Below, one piece after another: positions 63,020 to 64,000 of a DNA stretch of 64,000 nt. The stretch's first letter is position 1. Each line of letters starts with the position of its first letter. The stretch spans positions 26,420-90,419 of IMG/VR virus record IMGVR_UViG_3300047550_003482; one strand, written 5' to 3'. The stretch comes from a virus. The position numbers and the translations under genes were made by a program. Below the pieces are notes generated by a model. It did not search any database and was not told the origin of the DNA. It worked only from the letters and a program-made list of their open reading frames with translations.

Positions 63020-63667
63020 CTATGTATTTAGTATTTGTTTTTTGCTAATAAAGTTTTTATATACAGTTTCACATAAATTAATAAAATACTCCTCTGTAAA
63101 ATTTCTTTTCATCATATTAACGTCTTTATGAACCCAATGGACATTTCCTTCTACATAACCCTTTTTGCTGTCTATTCGGTCTAAACTTGCTAAATTTCCC
63201 ATTTTGGTTCCACTAAAACTCAATTCTACACCACTGTACTTACATTTCTGTTGTTGTTTTTCAAACAGTGTCCAGGCATATTCTATACTAATACTAAATT
63301 CAAGTTTTCTTTCAGCGGCCTGTTTTTGAATTCTTTTCCAATATGATCCGCTTATTTTTCTGTACCCAGTCCAATTAGAAGGTAATTTTTTTTCACTGCA
63401 TTTTATTTTATATCCAGCAGAAAAATCATGTGCTGAAATTTCTTTAAGCTCTCCACAATTGTTACACCTGCATAAAAAATTAGTATACCGCTTTCCATTG
63501 GATAACTTGTATCCAATCGGAGTTAATCTTTTTGTTATACTAAAATCACCTTGAACATATCCTTCATAATACTTAGCATTAGATGGAGATTTTCCTGATT
63601 GCTTTTTTCCATTGTCTCTGCATTTTTGCTTGAGTTCTTCTGTTTTTTCATATCTTCCTTTAGGCAT
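63020..63667 (-). CDS. Putative HNH-type homing endonuclease
   Basis: C.C..CG, A..R..EF, C.YSG, SLDRIDS.KGY..GNV.WV....N.MK. Confidence 0.75.
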   Translation of the reverse strand: MPKGRYEKTEELKQKCRDNGKKQSGKSPSNAKYYEGYVQGDFSITKRLTPIGYKLSNGKRYTNFLCRCNNCGELKEISAHDFSAGYKIKCSEKKLPSNWTGYRKISGSYWKRIQKQAAERKLEFSISIEYAWTLFEKQQQKCKYSGVELSFSGTKMGNLASLDRIDSKKGYVEGNVHWVHKDVNMMKRNFTEEYFINLCETVYKNFISKKQILNT

Positions 63668-63713
63668 TCGTTTCTCCTTTAACACTACTATTTATGCTAA
63701 TACCTCCCAAAAG

Positions 63714-64000
63714 TTATGTTTTAACCGTATTATTTTCGTAGATAGTATTATATTGATGATTTACCTTTATAAAAGTAACACACTTGGAGAAATCTTTTAA
63801 CCTAGCCGCCCCGCAATAAGTCATTGCACTACGCAATCCTCCCAACAAATCTAATACAGTATCGTTTATTTTTCCTCGATATGGGATCTTAACTGTACGT
63901 CCTTCACTACTGCGATAACTTGCTACGCCACCATGATGTTTATCCATAGCAGTATCACTGCTCATGCCGTAAAATTGAACAACTTTCTTTTCTTCAACTT
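63714..64000 (-). CDS. guaC: GMP reductase, C-terminal part (5' end outside the window)
   Basis: FYGMSS.TAM.KH.GGVA.YRSSEG.TV...GGLRSAMTY.GA. Confidence 0.9.
   Translation of the reverse strand, partial: VEEKKVVQFYGMSSDTAMDKHHGGVASYRSSEGRTVKIPYRGKINDTVLDLLGGLRSAMTYCGAARLKDFSKCVTFIKVNHQYNTIYENNTVKT

Noticed and set aside
1-64000. tRNA/rRNA genes, introns or inteins, alternative genetic code
   Set aside because: No cloverleaf or T-loop signatures noticed by eye (tRNAscan not run); recognisable enzymes are full length and uninterrupted in code 11.

Overview
This window looks like a 64-kb segment of a large, T4-related/jumbo-type dsDNA phage. The likely host is proteobacterial, given canonical TTGACA-N17-TATACT/TATAAT promoters and GGAG Shine-Dalgarno sites. 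Genes are dense, mostly on the minus strand and in the standard genetic code. Three kinds of region alternate. (1) Early accessory blocks of many small genes driven by about 25 sigma70-type promoters, many of them long near-identical repeats. (2) Metabolic and host-takeover genes: IF-1 (missed by the ORF track), bS21, an L7/L12-like protein, ClpP/ClpX/ClpS/Hsp20, DNA and RNA ligases, deaminases, NAMPT, NadM-Nudix, a macrodomain, RNase H, UvsE, a FolE/QueD/QueE plus glycosyltransferase/epimerase cluster, and GuaC. (3) Probable late genes behind TAAATA motifs, plus five homing-type endonucleases. The strongest candidate for an undescribed system is a family of about 17 small genes (MNERI..FAEL..FGVEE). 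Each has three DNA-conserved anchors, two hypervariable in-frame segments enclosed by short inverted repeats, and a 3' end carrying the RBS and start of the next gene. The family sits among repeated promoter-leader cassettes that show duplication scars. Other highlights are a covarying hairpin upstream of both NAD-salvage genes, a ROSE-like thermometer on hsp20, possible leaderless late mRNAs, and a tandem pair of AAxx variable-repeat genes. All calls are by eye; no database search was run.
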